64,000 nucleotides of DNA from Takakia lepidozioides (lineage: Eukaryota > Plantae > Bryophyta): positions 78,306,001 through 78,370,000 of the forward strand of contig CM060731.1 of NCBI GenBank assembly GCA_030704615.1. The letters run 5' to 3'. The position numbers and the translations under genes are program-made. Positions 24,251-37,454 of this stretch are shown one piece after another. The notes below the pieces were generated by a model. It saw only the letters and a program-made list of their open reading frames with translations. It was not told the origin of the DNA and searched no databases. How positions within the stretch are numbered: position 1 is the stretch's first letter; each line of letters starts with the position of its first letter.

Positions 24251-25387
24251 CCCGTAAGTGTCAAACTGACCCGTTTTGGGTTGGTTAGGTTTATTTAACC
24301 AGCCATAACTTCCTGTGGTTAAGGCTGATTGGCCTTTTTTTTGGCTCAATCGACAGATAATCAGGTCCCCCTTCATATGGCATTGGCCAATTGGTCAATG
24401 CCTGAAGGGGTAGGGATCTCAATCAATTGGAAAGGGGCCAACTCAGCTTTTGAGGCCATTTTGGTACCCCTAACCTGCCCAAGTTGCTGACATGGCAATT
24501 GCGGTCAGGTTAGGGTGAATGAATGATACCCCATAAAGGGATGGGTGGCACGATTCCCCCAACCCATTGATTGCCCGGTGGGTATGGAGGCCTGCGCACG
24601 TCTGGTATTCCCAGGCCTGCATCCTTACCTGAGATCGACGGAGATGGCTGCTCCTGCCAACACGATGGGCTCATAGGCGGACTGGAGGGAGTGCTGCCGC
24701 GATGGCGGCAGAGCTCGCGGCTCGAGAAAATCTCGGGTGGGCCAAACCCAGGCTGGGCTACGGCTCCAAATATCCTAGGCCTGCAGGCTATACCAAAGGT
24801 GTGCCATTTGAAGTCTTGGGCAGGGAACCTAAGGATGCGGTGCATTGGCTGATTGGCCTCAAAGTTTTTCGGGGACTTCATATGGAAGCCCATGACATTT
24901 CAACCGGAGGGATTAGGGATTGACCGGCTGAATTTTCTTGTATAATTTTAGGAAGAGAGATTTTGGCCTGCCCAAAGAAAATGGCATATTTTGACCCCCC
25001 CAATTTGTCACTACAAAGGAGCCCACTTCAGAACATTTCAGAAAAAACTGAAATTTTATGAGAATGTGTGTTATCAGGTATGGAACAACATTCTTGAGAC
25101 TCTCAAACAGAAAAAATTAAAAATGCCCAAATACGAGCAAAAAACTGCTTTTTTTGGCACCTAATTCTTAGTGGAGATTTTTTTTTTGTCCCACTCTACA
25201 CTTTATAATCTTCAGATCTGGCAGTTGGATTTTGGTGAAACTTTTTGTGGTAGGAGGTGGGGTAGGTGGGAAGTAATTCCAACGGTCAGTTTTACAAGGA
25301 CACAGAGATTCTCTAGATAATTTTTTTTTGTGGGCCAGGGTCATGTTTTTCCACGAGAGGGTGAAAATGAGTTTTGACACTTGAGGG
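24251..25387. mobile_element. Non-autonomous piggyBac-like element
   Basis: TTAA at 24247-24250 and 25388-25391. Termini CCCGTAAGTGTCAAA and (reverse complement) CCCTCAAGTGTCAAA match at 13 of 15 positions. No transposase ORF. Confidence 0.7.
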
Positions 25388-26299
25388 TTAACATAGGAGC
25401 TGGGTGGTCATGTGGATTGGTATTATCCATATAGATCACCTCCGATATAGTCTCGATCCGGGTAGGCGCAACTGTTGGGTTATAGTTCTAGTCGATCGGA
25501 ACTTATATTGTATGAAAACTATCATGGGGGAACATTTTCTCTAAAAGCCTTGTGGAAATGCTTTTTGACACTAATTTTGCGAACAAGTTTTAATGCGACA
25601 TGTTTTTCTACAAACTCACTGTAAAAGCTTGTCAGAAACAGTTTAATGATTGGGTCCTCAGTTTCCGTAAGACTCAGAGACTACCTACACATCGGTTTGG
25701 ATCTTCCCTAATAGGCTTCAACACATAAATGTTTTTCACCCAGCTAATTGCAACTTCTTTCTTTATACCTTCTTCTACAATATTGTACAGTTTTTAAGAT
25801 CTCACTACTTACTACTTAAGTAGCTGCTTGTTTTCTATAAATTTTGTGTTAGTTCTTTAGCAGATCAGTATTTTGATTTTCAAAATCCTCTCTTCAGCCT
25901 TCTCCACTGAGTTTGAGCAGAGTAATGTCAACTTGATGCACAAGCACTGAAACTAAACTCCACTACCGCGGTACTACCGACACTGTCTCATTGTCTGTCT
26001 CCGCCGTTCCTTCGTTGTAGAGCTGCAGGTTTCTGCCCCTCTAGGTTTCTTCGGTTTCTCCCCAGTAGGGACTTTCCTCGTTGTCATGTTTCTTGCCCCT
26101 ACTCCATTGGAGGGTTGATCCTCCCTCAACCCTTCCCTATACTTAGTGAAGATCTGATGTCAAAGACCTTCACTAGAAACTGTCTCTAAATTACAGTGGG
26201 AGTCTTCTTCCCTCCAATAATCCCAAATGAAGGTAACAAGGGCCCCCCTTCCCTTTTTCCCAAAAACAAACAGGTGGCAATGCTGTTTGCTTACTAGTG

Positions 26300-29170
26300 T
26301 CTTTTATGACTTTAATGTTTTTCCCTCCCTTGCAAAAGCAGATTGCATGGCTAACCAAAATAGGCTTATGACATTTTTATATTTTGTTACAACATAGTAT
26401 GATAATTATCTGGAAATTAATAAACTCTGATATTCTGATAATCTAAATAATCGCAGATAATTTTTTTCTTTCTTTCGTCACTCTCTCTCCAATGTCATGC
26501 AAACAATGATCTCAATCTACGTCCATATCCTGTAAAGTCACTTGTCAATCAACCCTTTATAAAATCTTCACCTTCAGCTGTGAAAGAGGGTTTGGATGAA
26601 TGACATGATCCCATCTAGAAATTACATACTCGGAAGATGTATTTGCATGCATTTTGTCCATGAAGGTTGGAGTTCTCTTCAATTCTTCATTAGAACAAAA
26701 CACATGAACAATGAAGCGAACCATAATCTCAACTTACTAACTATGATTCATGCAATAGAATGAAGTTTCTGCAAGATCAATTTATGCCCAATGTTTGTAT
26801 TTTGGACCTGGATGCCTTCTCTATGGATAGGGGTGAAGGACCCTCTTGTTGGAGGGGACCCATCCCCTCCAACAGAGTACAATGGGTTCAATCCCAATAT
26901 GCACAATGATCATTTATCATATTCCAACATTATTGATGAAATAATAAGATGCTTGGTATGAGCCAAAAACAACTCTGGCAAAAAAATAAAAAGAAGCAAC
27001 CCAATTAATGAATCCCAAAAAATGAATAAGTAGGACAGTGAAGGCCTTTCGCCTGGTTGTTGAGCGCTACCTTCACCGTTTGCGATCACTATCATTTTGA
27101 ATTCCCTCCAGTGCTCTCTTTACACCAGAGATGAAGTCATCCACAATGGCACCAATCTCAGCCCTGTAGCAATTTTCAAGATCACGATGAGAAAGATTGA
27201 CATAACATATTCCATACATTGATCTAAGCACGTCCTGTCAAAATCAGACCTGTTTGGTGGAGAGCTACACCAACACAAGTCATTATTCGAATGCTTATAC
27301 TTCAACTGATGGAGGTAAATGCATTTTTGTTTAAATTTTTTTCATAGCATTATAGTGGTCAGGCACAATGTTTGGCATTTCCTTCACAAAACTCTAACCT
27401 GTTTGGAATGCACTAACAACTACCAATCTTTCAAAGATGCCCTTGTTGTTTAGAGAGTACAAATGGACCTGCATCATTCCACATGAAACCCACAGAAGTA
27501 TATACTAACAGTCATTTCAGGCTCTGAAAAAGGGCATCTTGTTCATGAGAACACAAATGGACCTGTATCAAAATGGGTAATATCCTGACATGGAGTGTAC
27601 ATCAAGCAATAAGATCCCGTCTTCCTTAGCGGGAATCCCTTTTTAATATGCAGAAGTACGCATGCTATTCCAGCCCGGTGCCAAATAATAGAAAGGCCCT
27701 TTGGTAGGCCTTTAATGTGTCTCCCTGTACTGATCTTTGAGACTTAAGTTCATCAAACATGGCTGTGGAGGCTAGAGGTGGGACAGAGTAGTTCTGAAAT
27801 ATTACTGTTGGCCTCACTACACTGTCTTTTCTCTACAGTCTGCTCTACACATTTTAGGACTCCGAACTTGCCCTTTTCTGCTACAAGGCAGTGTATTTGA
27901 TGGGTCTGGTCAGTATCACCACCACACCTTAAAAGTCAACGCTTCCTGAAAGAAAAGCGGGCACTCCATATCCAATCTTACGGCACACTGACCTGTTGTC
28001 ATGGCTGGTTTAAGGGCATGGAGCAGCATAGAGAGTTTGATTTCCAGGTGTCAGAAGCTTTTACTTCTCCTGCTGCTTTTAATGGCATTTTGAATGTGAC
28101 CCACACAGCTACAATCCTCAAGATTTCGTTCCTAAGTAGATCAAAGGGAAAGCACGCATCTTCCTCCACCTAAAACTAGTGATGATGGCTATTACCAAAT
28201 TCTTTTGACTTTAGTAGCTCTTCCTCACACATTGACTTGAAGATTCTAAACATCAAGGTACCTTCTCATTCTATCGATCCGCTCTGAGGCCTGTAAAGTC
28301 ACCTATAACACTTCATACAGATTCTCTAAGCCTTTTGCTTCTACATCTTAGTTGATTCGTCCAACACCAGAGAGCAGGGGAGCGAGGTTGCTCGACTTAC
28401 CACAGAGCTGCTTTGGCCCTAAAGGCTCGGTACAAAAACCCAAGAGGAAAATCCAAATTCGCTTTGTTTGCTACAATCTTCTCTCTAATTTTGGAGGCTA
28501 CAGCGAAATAAGTTCAAACATGCTGCTACTTTTCACAAATTTGTAACGAAGGCATGGTTTCCTCCTTCTGACAATTCGGCAGAGGGTTAGCCATCCTCTG
28601 TATATTTGCTTTTGGGGTTGTGCCAGCAGGAGAGAGAGGAGAGCGAGAGAATTTACCGCTGAGACTTAGCTTGCTATAGCCTTGTAACCACGCACCAAAA
28701 GCCCGTTTTGATGGGCACAAAAGGGGGGGAGGGAGGGGGAGGAGGCACTCTGGCTTGCTCCAGTATAGGGACTTTGCGTTCAACCTGCTGGCGTCGAAGA
28801 TTTTCTCAAGAAATATCTTCACCATAGCATCAATCTAATCCTATGGGGCCACAACTTTCACCACTATCTCGACCATCTCAAACTGACCCAACACACCTAA
28901 CCTTTTTAATGCATTAAAAGAGGGCTTCTTTTTTAGAAGACATGCACCCGAAAATGTTGACTATCCTCACAATCATCCCCACAGATTGGACATAGAGTGT
29001 CGCTTTACCCGGCTGGGTAAACTTGACAGTAAAGGTAGGCAACCTACGCGCAATTTCAACACACCCGACTGCCCAGTTTGCCCAAAAAGCATTTCAAATA
29101 GTCCTTAAGCCCTAGTTGTTCATTGATGGTTATGAAGGGTCCTCTGTGGCCCTGCCAATCTTGGTCTTAA
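26300..29170 (-). mobile_element. Highly degenerate L1-like LINE remnant
   Basis: Weak endonuclease-like (W...SDFDR near 27240) and ORF1-like fragments on the minus strand. No long ORF; boundaries approximate. Confidence 0.3.
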
Positions 29171-29189
29171 TCTAGCATACTGACTCAAG

Positions 29190-29260
29190 TGAGAGAATGT
29201 ACTCATAAGACTTTGTTTGCCATAGCCTTGTGGCTGTAGACCACGCGGCCAGTTTGGAAC
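29190..29260 (-). mobile_element. Short 3'-end fragment of the RTE-like LINE
   Basis: Matches the 3' end at 56846-56905 (aaactgg...cacaaggcta.ggcaaacaa...cttatgagtaca) in reverse orientation. Confidence 0.7.
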
Positions 29261-29645
29261 ATAGGGAATAGGCAGTACCTTTGTGAGGGGCTCCAGTAAC
29301 GTGACTTAAACAAGGAGACTACAGAGAGAGACATTGGCACATAGGCTATCACATACCATTTGAGGGCATAGTCCACGTGAGATGCCACCCACCCAGGGAT
29401 TCATTGTGGGGTCTCAGCCCCAGGGAATCCATCCCAAAATAACTCTCCAAGGTGGCCACATATGTGACAGAGTCACACTGTCTACAAAGTGGGAAGGAGA
29501 GGAGGAATTGTAGAGGCGGAGTCCATCATGCAGAAAGAGTTATTAGAACCACAGGCCCAGAGCGCACACGGGATGAAGTAGAATAACAAGTGAGTCATAG
29601 AAAACACCACAAGAAATGACCAACCCTGTGTGAGAGGGAGAGAGA

Positions 29646-30076
29646 ATGTACTCATAAGACATTGTTTGCCGTAGCCTTGTGGCCATTGACCCCGCGCCCA
29701 GTTTGAGCGGAACACGAAGGGACAGAAACTACCTTTGTCAGGGGCTGGCGCCCGTAATATGATTTACCTTGAAACAAACAATTGATTCGAGTTTTCCAGA
29801 TATCCTCTAGAAATCCCAAAAGGGCCCGGGCTTTTGGCTGAGCCTCGAGATTTTCAAAGTTGGTAAACAGAGGTACAGGAACAATTCCCTTGATGGATTT
29901 GAATAGGGTGTCTCTCTGGTGAGAGTACCCAGGACAATGAATCAGAAAGTGGATATTTCTTCAGGTTGCTCACACAACTGGCATTTGCAATCCCCATTTC
30001 CTCTCTGCATCTACTTGCTGTTCAAAGGTAGGCTTCCAGCCCTGAGTTTAAATTTCAGTCTAGTGCCGAGAGTGCG
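29646..30076 (-). mobile_element. 5'-truncated RTE-like LINE copy flanked by (GA)n tracts
   Basis: Reverse match to about 56440-56905 (GTRLKFKLRAGSLPLNSK and the 3' UTR). (GA)n at 29630-29645 and 30077-30120. Confidence 0.8.
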
Positions 30077-30077
30077 T

Positions 30078-30108
<31 letters not shown>

Positions 30109-30135
30109 GGAGAGAGAGAGGTGTCTTTCACTCAC

Positions 30136-30961
30136 CCACTAGAACCTGCCAGTCCATTACTGCGTTTGGGTAGCCTCCCCAAGTTACTGTATCTGCCATC
30201 CTCATCATACGCTCTGCCTTTGCCAAGGCCATAGCCAAATCCCACCCCTACCCCACATCCTGCTCCAAATCCAAAACCAAGCTGAAGGCCTGGGAATCCC
30301 AATCCAAGTCCAGCACCTGTGAGCCCACAGCACTGAATAAATGGTAGTTTCTTTCTGTCAAGAATGAAGTGGTATGGATTCTCGTACGCTAACTGTTGAC
30401 GTGGGATTGACGCATATAGGCAGACATCCAATTCGACAGCAAGCACTCTTCAAATCGTTCTGGCAGATCATACACTCCCAAGCCCGAATCTCAATTCCGA
30501 AAGCTTGCCTGAACTCGTCTCGTTCGTCAAATTCCTCCACTGCTCTGGAAAATTTCCTAACGACATTAAAGACAGTTAACCTAACTCTATTATGGATTGT
30601 TGGGCTCCAACGAATTTCTCAAAACAACGAGGATAAGATTACACTCAACCTACAAGGTGGATTGATGAAGCCGTCGTAATGTAAGAGTCTAACTAGCTCC
30701 TTAATATCCGAGATCAGTTCAGTTGAAGTGAAGCTCTTCGTAAAAGCTCACTTGGACAATGCCACGGAAAAAACTAGACGTACATGCACACCATATGCAC
30801 TTTAGGGAGGAGGAGACAAGGGGTGAACCTCCAACAACGCCAGCCCCGAGACCAATGCCGCAGCCAATTCCGTAGCCAAATCCCGGGCCCAGCTTGCCCA
30901 AATCACTAGATTGCAACTTGGGTAACCTCCAAATCAACCCTTTCTGCTCATCATCCTTCAT
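30136..30961 (-). CDS. Conserved plant glycine-rich protein (At4g10330-like); two exons seen, last exon not located
   Basis: Exons 30961-30829 and 30316-30136 with a GT-AG intron give MKDDEQKGLIWRLPKLQSSDLGKLGPGFGYGIGCGIGLGAGVVG/GAGLGLGFPGLQLGFGFGAGCGVGVGFGYGLGKGRAYDEDGRYSN. Confidence 0.8.
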
Positions 30962-32268
30962 CTTCCTATTCTTTCTTCTGTCAAATCTCGCCTTTTTATG
31001 CTCGTCACTCCCCTGCAAACCCAGAACTCAAAAACCCACCCGCCATAGCCCAATCCATGCTCGCAAGGAATCTCATATCAGAGCAACTAACCCATTTTTG
31101 CCACGCAACATCTCTTGCCAACCAACCAAGCCTTGCCACATGCTTATGACCTTTCCTTGATAGATGGCACAGAGAAAAGTTCAACATCATCACATGCCGT
31201 CCACATTCTTAATGTTTTTAAGGAGGAAAGAATACTGTTGTTCAAAATGTTTGCTCTGAACAAAAACTTCTTCATTGTTCTCCAAAGAAGATTTATCCGA
31301 TCAACTAGTTAGCAGGGTTCGGATCCTATGACTAAATCCTAAGGAGTATAGTACGACGTTGAGAAATATGCTCGAGCAACAACTTGAAACTTTTCTGAGT
31401 TGGATTTTGATCCTTGATGGATGAAACAGCAGTGATATGCAGACGTAACGGCGGGTCACGGTGTTGCTGCGTGGACGATAACAATATGACAGGCCCACAA
31501 GCCCCAAGTGTCGTAGAGCATGTCCACTTTCTTTGTGCTTTGCCACCTCTCACGCACACTGACTCACTGCACGTGAAAACCAGCGTGCAGTGATAGATGT
31601 TTTGGATCCATGGCTTCAATTCGCGTCGGGCGAAAAACAGCACAGGCGTGTGTTGAATGCCAGTGGCAGTGCTTCACTGAAGTTGTTTGGCAATTCTGGG
31701 TCCGATTCGTGAATTACTCCCCCGTCAAATACATACTTGCATGAAATAGTACGTTTTTCCAAGGCAGTGGTTTTGATTGCATGCATAGATCGGGCCCCCA
31801 TTTCGTGCACGGATCGTTCGAATGTCACAATTGTTTGTGGTGCATCTCCCACTTCAAGCTATATATGTTAACTGTACCTTTTCGCATCATCTCAGAACTG
31901 TGAGTATGTAAGCCTAAACCCTCTCAAGATTTTTCTGCGCTCCCATCCGTGAACAGGAAGAAACCCTGACTGTGAGCTGTCGTCTCGCGTTCCTCTTGGA
32001 AGAAACCTACGTACCATTTCAGAATTACAAAGCCTGCAAGATTTCACATCAACGCACGACTACACAAGGACTACCAGGTGGAGTCAGGGTGGTATGCACT
32101 GTGCAGATCGCACCAGAAGCAATGGAAGAAAATTGTCACCCAATCACACGTCGACAAGAGGTCGACTACCGTTTTGTTTTGAAGCCTGAATCCTGGCATG
32201 CGGGGCTTGCAGCGATTCTCGACACTTTCAGGATTTCACCTTCCTGTAGCTGCAAACATTGCAGCGTT

Positions 32269-32871
32269 TTAATGCCGGTGTGGATACACTGGCCCAGCCC
32301 GATCAGACCTATGGCCAATGCTATACATGAATTCCCGATCAGTGTCAAATCTAGGTGCCTGTGGGTGGGCTGGATAGATTGTCCTCACTGTCTCAAGCCT
32401 AGGCGCCTGTAGCCGGTATGGACGCGTTTCAGCTGGAGTGAGAAATCTCCGCCCAAAGTCTGCATGTTTGTATGATTCCCTTGCATTTTCAAGTGCCTGG
32501 GGCCAAGGTGAGTGCAGTACCCGTCCATTCTGAAATGTGTGATCCTCATCAGGCAGCCTCCATGCTAGACGTGGCCAAACTGGGGATATAGCACCTGCAG
32601 CTCCCGGCACATCTGCAGAAGTTGAATTCAACCCACTCCTTCCATGAAATGAATTAACATACTCGACGGCAATGACTGTTCTACAGACGGGGCATGAATT
32701 TCTATTGGGGGATCGACTGTGATTCCACCCATGGAGGCATGACCAACAAAAGAGGTGACCGCACACTGTCGTTATTGGGTCGTTAGGTAATCCAAAGCAG
32801 ATGTTGCAGACCTCTAGATCACCCTCCACCATATCTCTCTCCTCGAAGAGTCGATATAGTCCGTCCCCCAT
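32269..32871 (-). CDS. C3HC4 RING finger protein, RMA/RNF5-RNF185-like
   Basis: CNIC...DPITTVCGHLFCWSCLHGW...CPVCR in a single 200-aa ORF. Confidence 0.8.
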   Translation of the reverse strand: MGDGLYRLFEERDMVEGDLEVCNICFGLPNDPITTVCGHLFCWSCLHGWNHSRSPNRNSCPVCRTVIAVEYVNSFHGRSGLNSTSADVPGAAGAISPVWPRLAWRLPDEDHTFQNGRVLHSPWPQALENARESYKHADFGRRFLTPAETRPYRLQAPRLETVRTIYPAHPQAPRFDTDREFMYSIGHRSDRAGPVYPHRH

Positions 32872-35800
32872 TTTTCCTGCCTCAAACTTGGTACCCCACT
32901 GCTTTCAAAGACCCAAGTCCGCAAGTAACGTCGTAGTATGTGACACGAGATCAATGTGAACGTAAGTACACGCATAATTCTCAGTTCTGCTTCCTTCACC
33001 ACAAAGTAGAAGCCCCCCCTACACTACCAAAGGAGACTGCGTAAGCATGAACAACTGAAAAACACACAGACACAAGAAAGTATAGGAATCATCCAGTACC
33101 CTGCAGAGCTATGCACAGAGAACCCAAGGACTCTCTACCTCTGAGAGACGCAAGAAGAGCGCGTAGAGATGGAGCAGGAGACATGCAAGCAAGCAAACAA
33201 CGCAGACGAGCGTTTCTCACTCGTGACTCCTCCGCAAGTACCGCTCACCGCGACATTGGCCCTGACGGCTACCGGGCTGTTTAGCGTCAAGGAATTTAAA
33301 CAGTCTGCTTCCGACAGCGGTCGGCATTGCGGTGGTAAATTGCGGTGTGGCGGTTTCAAGCGGTGCACGGCTGGGATCCATCCTTGGCACCTTCTCAACC
33401 CTTTTTGTTTTTTTAAAGGTGAAAGGGGATGCCCTTTCCTATACCTACAACTATATATAGTCCAGTAAAAATAAAAATAAAAATAAAAATAAACCAAAAT
33501 GCAGAGTTTATTGGTGTATTTCTCCCATTCTCTTTTTTTAAAAGGACTTTCTTAAAGAGGGTCGGAGGCCTCAAGAATTAAAAGGACAGAAATTAAAATT
33601 CATAAATCCAAAAAAATTAATCCAGAAAATGCAGAGTTAAAAAAAAACAAAATGACCAGGGGACAGAGGCCTGATAAGTTTTTCTTTCTTCTTTTTCTTG
33701 GTTGGAAGATGAGGTAAAAATAACCTGGAGCTGAAAAGGGGACACTGCCCCACGCCCATTCTATTTTATACCATCATAGTCCAGAAATTATGGCCTTTAT
33801 TTGTGGTATTTTTCCCAATATAGTCCAGAAATTATGTCCATTAGTATCTTTCCCATTTCATCTTATATATAGTCAACAATTTATGTACATTATCTATGTA
33901 TTTTTCCCATTGAATTCTATACATAGTCCAGAAATTAACACCCAGATAATTCAAAATAAAGCTCTACCAGGGCCTCTGTCCCCTGTATATATATATATGT
34001 CAGTTAGTTTTGTATTTCTCCCATTCTATTTTATACATAGCAATAGTCCAGAAATCAGGCTCATTATTTGTTTATTTTCCTTTTTTAAATTATTTTTGGG
34101 GCCTGGAAAGGGGCGGTGCCTCTAGTAAGTTAACTATATTTGGGATTATTAGGAGGAGAAAAACTAAAACTGGCAAACAAGAAACAACAGGCCCGATTCC
34201 TCACATAAACCAGATCAGAGCACCTTAACCCCAAAGGCCGAGCACCCTTTTGGAGGGCCTCCTATAAAAAGGTGCATACCCTCATGGACTACGGTGTAAC
34301 GTTTTATCCCCAATCTCATCCATATGTATGAACCCTATATTTTTGTGCATATCTACTACATCCGCATTCTGCGAAAAGTACAGGCAATTTTACCATTGCA
34401 TTCAGGAGATTATAACAAAATAATTTGTCCCAATTTTTAAATGGATTCCAAAATTAATGTAAAAACTGGTATGAGCACCAAATTCAAGTATCGAGTTGAA
34501 TTTTTTCCCACATACAGGCCCTCACAATTATAGCACCTAATAAGGAAATGTCTCCCCCGAAAATCAGACCAAAATTCCAAAAATTGAGATAGAATGCTAT
34601 GTATGTGAAATCTGGGGGTCAGATTTTGGCTTCCTTCCCATACATTCATTCATGAGATAATATTTGTTTTCTAATTCCTCTAATAAAAATGTGCACGTTA
34701 ACATTACATAGTGCCTTGTCCAGAAATTTGGGCATTATGATAAATTTTGAGCCCTACATGTTATTTACAAGATTGTAATAGGGTCCACCCCCCAAAGGGG
34801 GCATAGCCGCAAGGTGAACTGGCTCTTAGTTACGCCGGCTTCGGCCGGAGTCTTCTCTCTCTACAAGATTGCCCTTTCGGTCTGTCACGAGGGCAGGTCA
34901 AGTTCTATTCCCCCCCCCCCTTAACTCTAAAAAATTCTAGAGAGTATAGTGTTTTTTTTTTTTTTTTTTTTTTTTTTTCAGCTTTAGTTGTCTTAGGGCG
35001 CTGTAAATTCCCACATTTGCTCCTCGCTAATGTGCTGCACGGTTTGCCTTCACGGTTCATCCATGAAGACTACACATGGGTGAAATCTGAAAGGGGTTGA
35101 TTTGGTCGCCTCGTCCTTTAGGGGTTAAACTTGAAACCTAAGAGATTGAAACCACTTTTGAAACACCCCAGAATGAAATCAGACCCAGACAAGGAGAAAC
35201 ATGTGTGCAACAAGCTAAGTAGATTACAGGAGCTTGTTGATAGGCAAGGCTTGCGAGTAATTCCATTCATTTGTTGTTTCCTTTTATTCGAAAGATGAAA
35301 CCACCCATAGGTGTGAAATACTCCTAAGCCCCTCTTCAGTGCCTTCGCGACCTCTCCTTTGTCGCAACCAGCGTTAGTGATGGACTGGTATATGCCTAAT
35401 TCCTGGACCACTCTAGAATGAACAGGGCCCACCCAAACTTGGGGGGCTTATTAGGACTGGTATATATATTGGTATATGCACTGATATTGGATACTAGACC
35501 TGGCAGTCTGGTATCATTTGGAAAATACGAAACAAATACGAAAATGCGAAAAAAAATATGGATGAATTATTCAGTTTATAATGGATGAAAGTAGATGCCC
35601 CTTCGCACAAGGAGGAGCCATACGCGGCGGTCCGTTTGTTTGGACTACAACCAGCTCTTAAGAGTCATGGAGGTATACATAGAGTACCTTCATTATGGTC
35701 TTTATATTACCTTCATAGAGGTAATGAGGGAGAGGGATGGTAATTGGTCCCTCGGCCCATAGTAGCGCGTGCCATGCGCGTGCCATGCGCGTGCCATGCA

Positions 35801-35901
35801 GGGTGGTTAGTCTGGTTCACGTGATCTAAGGGTTTGACAGGCAGCCTTACTACTTTATCAATGCACGTGCGAAAGGGATGCAGCAATAGCCGCAATGGGA
35901 A

Positions 35902-36186
35902 CAGTGCTTTTTTCTGAAGTCTGAAAAAAAGCGCGAGTGGCTACAGAGTTTTGCAAAGGACAGCCATACATTCTGTTCATCCATTGAAATTAGGACAGAA
36001 TCATCCATATCCGTACATTTATCCATTTATATCTGAATCCATATTTGGAGAATTCATCCATAATTTATTTGCTGTTAGAAATTTGGCGATTTCATCCATG
36101 AAGAAACAGAGAATTTTCGACAAAATATTCTATTTTATTTTCTGAGGTCGAAATTTGGCGAAAATTCGCCAGCAAAAAAAACGCTG
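35902..36186. mobile_element. hAT-type MITE with 8-bp TSD
   Basis: aatgggaa is duplicated at 35894-35901 and 36187-36194. Termini cagtgcttttt and aaaaaacgctg. Confidence 0.85.
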
Positions 36187-36414
36187 AATGGGAAGAGGCT
36201 CTTATTGCCTTACTATTGCCTCTGCAGAACCAGGTGATCCTGGGTTCAATCTTTCAATTGGTAATTGGCTCCTCAATGGGTCGTGCATTGAGCAGCAGGC
36301 TATGGAAATCTGCTAGTAGTTCAACTTTACTCCGGAAGGGAGTTGTCAAGCAAATGGTGAAAGACAAACCCAAGTCAAACCCTTTTTCTTGTTCTAAAAC
36401 GCCTGCTGCCATCA

Positions 36415-36655
36415 GTCAGTAGCTCAGTTAGATAGAGCACTGAGTGCCACCCAGATGATTCTGGGGTCAAATCCTGCTAATTTGACGGGTGTTGGTATGA
36501 TCTTCTCTCCCTTCCCTTGGGGGGTGTCTCATGGGAAAGCCAGGTTACTGTGAAAGAAGTTATTTTCTCCTCTCACTGTAACTAAGGGACCTGATTTGTG
36601 AGCTATCGCTCCAAGATGTTTCCCATGAAAACAAAAAAAAAAACTAAAGAAAAAG
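36415..36655 (+). mobile_element. tRNA-derived SINE
   Basis: A-box tagctcagttag, B-box gggtcaaatcc, about 130 bp of body and an A-rich tail at 36628-36655. Confidence 0.6.
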
Positions 36656-37454
36656 CTCCAAGTGGAAGTATGCCCTTACAATCTTTTTAACGGCATTCTT
36701 TTCGCACCCACCATAAACTGTACTCATCTGGGCACTTCTCACAGTAGGGGAAAGGAGATGATTTGAAAAAATTAGCCCATCACTCAACACGAGCATCCGT
36801 GAATAATAACATGAACCAAATGAAAGCTGAAACTTGGAGGATGTATCATTTTGGTCCCGAAAACCGTAGGTTCTAACTTACCTCCCACTATTATGCAAAA
36901 TTTTCATCCCAAAAATTCCCAGAACTTCAGTACCATGGGCCAAGTACCATGGGCAGAAGTGAAGTTGAGATAGATGGTGCCCATGGTGATAAATTCACCC
37001 CAACATGGCATGGAACCTGGGCCTTACTGCACCCAGTAATGACTGAAATGCACAACGGGACCCCGGCCTATCCACCTGGTTGTTTAGGCTAGTCTGCACG
37101 AGTATTTTCTCCTCCTGTTTTCTTCAAGGGCTTCTGTCCCCCTTAAGTTTGTTTGGTACAGCAGCACAGAGAAGGAAGGTAGATATCTATCAGAACTTCA
37201 CAAGGAAAATGTAACAACTCTCTTTCTAACGCACAATCTTCTCAAATTCCATGTATGAAGACCAGTACCCAAAATGAGGTAGAACCATGTCAGGTTCGAC
37301 AAATTGTTATTTGAGCAAAAGTTGTGGAGTGTACTCGAAAGCAGATTAACCTCACAAGGAAAATGAACTTGAACAGAGTCCCCCACAAAGAAAACACTAG
37401 GTGACAAGAGGAGATATCAATACGGCATATGCCTCAACCCCTGCCATCCTAAAT

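Noticed and set aside
35765-35799. (gcgcgtgccat)x3 repeat
   Set aside because: A short simple tandem with no evidence of function.
36415-36490. Functional tRNA gene
   Set aside because: A and B boxes are present, but there is no proper acceptor or anticodon stem. The body and A-tail that follow indicate a SINE.
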